The notes beneath the pieces were generated by a model. It had not been told where the DNA came from. It searched no databases and saw nothing but the letters and a program-made list of their open reading frames with translations. From the NCBI GenBank assembly GCA_048886685.1, contig JBHLKM010000001.1, positions 256,001 to 320,000 on the forward strand: DNA of 64,000 bases, written 5' to 3'. Within the stretch, counting starts at the first letter, position 1. Every line of letters begins with the position of its first letter. Source of the stretch: Candidatus Hodarchaeota archaeon (GTDB lineage: Archaea; Asgardarchaeota; Lokiarchaeia; Sigyniarchaeales; SOKP01). Below, piece by piece: positions 60,434 through 64,000 of the stretch. A program made the position numbers and the translations under genes.

Positions 60434-61303
60434 TTAGAACTCAAAACCGCATTTTGTACAGACAAATTTCTTTGCATAAATCGGTTTAGGAATGTAACTA
60501 ATTATACGTGATTTATCTTCAACCTCTTTTACGGCGAAACCAGATGCACCACAGTTGGGGCATAATCGTCTCCCTGTTCCTGTTGGTATAGTTGTACTTG
60601 GAGTTGTTGTTGTTGGAGTGGAAGGTGAATAAGAGGGGGTAGTTCCGTAGCCAGGCGTTGATTGAGAAGTGATTCCTTGGGCTAAACTCGAGGGCATTAC
60701 GGCCTTTGGTTCTTTTAATTCTTCAATGCGTTTCTCCTTATATGCAACCTCCTCTTGTAATTTAGAAATTTGGGTTTGTAATGGTCCAATTTGTTGTGAT
60801 AGCATTGAATTATGTTGTTGTAATTCTTGAACTTGCTGTTGTAAACCAGGGATATGTGCTTGTAATTGAGCTTTTTCATCATTGAGTTGATTTACTTGTT
60901 GTTGGTATCCTTCTATTGAGGCTTGAAGAGATTGAAGTTGATTAGTTAATCGATTGACTTGATTTTCTTTTTCGAGAAGCTGAGCGTTTAATGAAGAGCT
61001 CTGAGCACTTACTTCATTAATTTGACTTTGTAGTTGGCTTATTGTAGAATCTTTTTCTTGTAGTTGAGTTATTACAGAATCATATTCAACTTGTGATGGA
61101 CCTACAGAAATAGCTGGGGAAGGAGTTGGTTCATAAACAGGTGGGGGAGGTACTTCAAAAGTGGGAGGAGTTGGTTGCTGTGAAGGAGGTGTCATTGAAG
61201 GAGGAGGTGTTGTTGGTGTCAGTGAAGGGGGTGGCATAGGAGGGGGTGATAACGATTTTTTTTCATTTTCTTCCTCATCGTCTCTCTCATATTCGTACGA
61301 CAA
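60434..61303 (-). CDS. Pro-rich, coiled-coil, C-terminal Zn-ribbon protein
   Basis: PPPMPPPS/PPPP tracts, Gln/Leu heptads, CPNCG...CTKCG. Likely TTG start at 61303 after GGGAG. Confidence 0.75.
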   Translation of the reverse strand: MSYEYERDDEEENEKKSLSPPPMPPPSLTPTTPPPSMTPPSQQPTPPTFEVPPPPVYEPTPSPAISVGPSQVEYDSVITQLQEKDSTISQLQSQINEVSAQSSSLNAQLLEKENQVNRLTNQLQSLQASIEGYQQQVNQLNDEKAQLQAHIPGLQQQVQELQQHNSMLSQQIGPLQTQISKLQEEVAYKEKRIEELKEPKAVMPSSLAQGITSQSTPGYGTTPSYSPSTPTTTTPSTTIPTGTGRRLCPNCGASGFAVKEVEDKSRIISYIPKPIYAKKFVCTKCGFEF

Positions 61304-61417
61304 ATTAATCTCCCTTAATTTTTTTTTCTTTATTAATTGATTATTTAACATAAATATGGTATTCAAGTTTATAAATTAATGCATAAATATGAATAAAATT
61401 GTTTTGAAGAGAAGATA

Positions 61418-62512
61418 TTAGAAGCAATTCCAATGTGGTGTTAATTTACCTTTTAATGCAGGGATTAGTTTGTTATTATAATAGTCTAAAAGTTCTAATC
61501 TAGATGATTTTGAATCTTCTTGCAACACTTCTTCATCCTCATCATTTAAAACTTTCAAACAATTGTAAACTCCTCTTGCTTGTTTATCCACACTATATCC
61601 TCCTTCAAGAGTTATGAGAATTCTATTTTTTGCATATTTATTGGCGATTGTTTTAATTTTACTTAAATAATTTGCAGGTGCTTGGTAAGTCCAATTCATT
61701 TCTGTCAATCTATCCGTCCAATGGGTATCAAACCCAGCAGAAATTAAAATAAATTCTGGTTTATATTCTTCACATATAGGAGCAATAATTTGATTAAAAT
61801 AAAGTGAAATAACATCATCAGCAGAACCAGGTGGCATTGGAAAATTTATAATTTTTCCTTCACCTTTCCCTGAACCGATCTCATTTATAAATCCACTTCC
61901 CGGATAAAGTGTTCTCCCATCTTGATGCGAATTAAATATAACCAAATCGCCTGAATCTGACTTAGAACCTTTGAAAAAAATATCTTGTGTGCCATTGCCA
62001 TGATGACAATCCCAATCAATAATAATAATTTTTTTTATGCCTTTTTCTCTAAAAAGATATTCAGCAGTCACCGCAATATTATTGAATATACAAAAACCTG
62101 CGAATTTATGGGAATTTGAATGGTGTCCAGGTGGTCTTACTAAAGCAAAAGCATTTTTAATATTTCCATTTAAAATCTCCTCAGCAGCTAGTAAATTACC
62201 ACCTACAGAGTATAGGGACGCCTCAAACGTTTTTGGAGATGCCGCAGTATCAGCATCTAAATACTGTATACGCCCTGTTTTTTCACTAAACTCACAGACT
62301 TCTTGTATCTCTTTTATTAATCTATCTCTATGGACGTATCTTATTTGATCCAAACTTGCTTTCCTTGGTTTAATGATTTTAAAATTAGTGTCCTCAAGTA
62401 CTCCTTTCTCTTCTAGAAATTTCATGATATTAATTAATCGTTCAGGACTCTCAGGATCCGTTCCTGTTTGATGTTCTAAATATATAGGATCATAAACAAT
62501 TCCTACAGTCAT
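61418..62512 (-). CDS. Histone deacetylase family (class II-like) Zn-dependent deacetylase
   Basis: PESPERL, RPPGHH, GFCIFNN, DWDCHHGNGTQ, SAGFD and LEGGY. Confidence 0.93.
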   Translation of the reverse strand: MTVGIVYDPIYLEHQTGTDPESPERLINIMKFLEEKGVLEDTNFKIIKPRKASLDQIRYVHRDRLIKEIQEVCEFSEKTGRIQYLDADTAASPKTFEASLYSVGGNLLAAEEILNGNIKNAFALVRPPGHHSNSHKFAGFCIFNNIAVTAEYLFREKGIKKIIIIDWDCHHGNGTQDIFFKGSKSDSGDLVIFNSHQDGRTLYPGSGFINEIGSGKGEGKIINFPMPPGSADDVISLYFNQIIAPICEEYKPEFILISAGFDTHWTDRLTEMNWTYQAPANYLSKIKTIANKYAKNRILITLEGGYSVDKQARGVYNCLKVLNDEDEEVLQEDSKSSRLELLDYYNNKLIPALKGKLTPHWNCF

Positions 62513-62629
62513 AATATTCTATTTTTACTTTCTATTCAAAGAATTAATTTCTTTTTTATTTTTAAGGATATAATAATTCTAATAACTGAAAATAAACTTA
62601 AAAAAGTTTTTTCATAAGTTTAATTATAT

Positions 62630-63151
62630 ATGATTAAGACTAAGAAAATCACATTAAAAGTAATTATAACTGGAGAACCCGCAGTTGGTAAAACTAGCCT
62701 AGTCAAAAAGTTTATATCAGGGCAATTTTCTAAAGATTATCGCTCCAGTATTGGAACAAATATCTATACAAAAAAAATAGCACTAGAAGAAGACACAGAT
62801 GTAACGCTTCAGCTTTGGGATATTGCTGGACAAGAAAGATGGATTAATATGAGGCATTCATATTATTCAGGCGCTAAAGGTGTAATAATTGTTGGAGATA
62901 TAACGAGGAGAAATACATTCACTCAAATCGAAAATTTTTGGGTTCCAGATATAAAAAAATACTGTCCTATTGCACCAATTATCTTAATTGCTAATAAAAG
63001 AGATTTATCTAGCAATTTAAGTGAAGAAGAACTTAATTCTTTAAGCAAACGTATTAATGCCAAGTCTGAGTTTTTTACTTCGGCAAAAACAGGTGAAAAT
63101 GTTGAATTGGCATTTGAGATGATATCCAAACAAGCAATTCATAATTCTTAA
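62630..63151 (+). CDS. Rab-like small GTPase
   Basis: GEPAVGKTS, SIG, WDIAGQE, YYSGA, NKRD and TSAKTG. No C-terminal prenylation cysteines. Confidence 0.93.
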   Translation: MIKTKKITLKVIITGEPAVGKTSLVKKFISGQFSKDYRSSIGTNIYTKKIALEEDTDVTLQLWDIAGQERWINMRHSYYSGAKGVIIVGDITRRNTFTQIENFWVPDIKKYCPIAPIILIANKRDLSSNLSEEELNSLSKRINAKSEFFTSAKTGENVELAFEMISKQAIHNS

Positions 63152-63202
63152 TAAAGATTAAGATTCTAATTGAAAGAAGAATTATGTATGTAAAATTAGG
63201 AT

Positions 63203-64000
63203 TTAGATCATTTCCTTATTAGTAAATTTAATATAGTTATTCTTTGGTTCATAAAGAGTTCCTTCTTTTATTAATTCTTCAAGAGCATTTTCAATGAATT
63301 TCTTGTCCAAATTTTCCTCTAGTTCAAGGATTTGAATAACATTATTTTTTTCCAGAGATCTCCAGTTATTTTCTTCAAATATTTCCTTTAGTCGGTTCAT
63401 TAAGGACTCAAGTCTATTCAAATTGCTTCTCGATTGTCCTACGAAAATTCTATCCATGTCTATTTTCCCAGAAGTCTCATCATATCCAGTATCTTTAAGA
63501 AATCTTTTGAATAACTTAATAACTTCTTCAACGTCTTCTTTATTTACGTTATCTCTTAGAGCCATTTTTGCATGTGCTTCACTTAGTCTTACCAGAGCAT
63601 CCAAATTTCTAGCTAAAATCGAAATAATCGCATCTTCACTATCATATTGATTTCTTAATTCCAAATAAAAGCTTTTTATTCGTTCTTTAGCTTCATCAGT
63701 AAGGACTGGATGACAGGTTCTTCGGGCATGTTTAATATACTTTTTAAGAAGCTCATTAGGAATAGGTGCTATACTCTCACCTATGTCTTCAAAATTTTCC
63801 TCCGGTTTAATCATTGAATTTCTTAAAATAAATTCTGCCATTTGGGCATCTTCTGAGGGATTGGGTCTATCTACAACAACAAAAATTAGATCAAAACGAG
63901 ATAAGAGGGATGGAGGTAAACGGATATTTTGAGTAGGCGTTTTATATCTATCATATCTTCCAGAATATGGATTAGCTGCTGCGATTATTGCTGTTTGAGC
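63203..64000 (-). CDS. mcm: MCM replicative helicase, C-terminal part (5'-partial)
   Basis: The frame is open from 64000: AIIAAANPYSGRYD...LPPSLLSRFDLIF, ARNLDALVRLSEAHAK, IDMD and a winged-helix tail. Confidence 0.95.
   Translation of the reverse strand, partial: AQTAIIAAANPYSGRYDRYKTPTQNIRLPPSLLSRFDLIFVVVDRPNPSEDAQMAEFILRNSMIKPEENFEDIGESIAPIPNELLKKYIKHARRTCHPVLTDEAKERIKSFYLELRNQYDSEDAIISILARNLDALVRLSEAHAKMALRDNVNKEDVEEVIKLFKRFLKDTGYDETSGKIDMDRIFVGQSRSNLNRLESLMNRLKEIFEENNWRSLEKNNVIQILELEENLDKKFIENALEELIKEGTLYEPKNNYIKFTNKEMI

Noticed and set aside
61418-63151. Divergent HDAC and Rab-like GTPase as a functional module
   Set aside because: Small GTPases are numerous and scattered in this lineage; adjacency alone is not evidence.

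Overview
Low-GC archaeal chromosomal window, most likely from an Asgard archaeon of the Lokiarchaeia/Promethearchaeota type. The evidence is a ribophorin-I-like gene, Sec61beta, roadblock, V4R/TRAPP-like, longin-like and Rab-like genes, an archaeal tRNA-Gln with an A1-U72 pair, MCM and LipS1/LipS2. It holds a dipeptide/oligopeptide ABC operon, a translocon/N-glycosylation neighbourhood, a lipoate plus F420 cofactor operon, a MoxR/DUF58/transglutaminase-like operon and housekeeping genes (map, tpiA, leuS, mcm). No CRISPR array, rRNA or intact mobile element was seen. The main finding is a thioredoxin gene (32562..32948, minus strand) interrupted just before its WCGPC active site by a 30-nt insert carrying an in-frame stop. 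The insert has the same bulge-helix-bulge (BHB)-type architecture as a 29-nt intron in the T-loop of tRNA-Gln(UUG) 11 kb away. Cutting by the standard archaeal endonuclease rule restores ...VDVYTE|WCGPCK, so this is a candidate endonuclease-spliced mRNA intron. The second finding is a candidate RiPP-like cassette: a membrane protein ending in three GxGCGGCGG repeats, followed by a radical SAM/SPASM enzyme and a small 2-TM protein, with a divergent RHH-like regulator. All family assignments come from motif recognition by eye; no searches were run.
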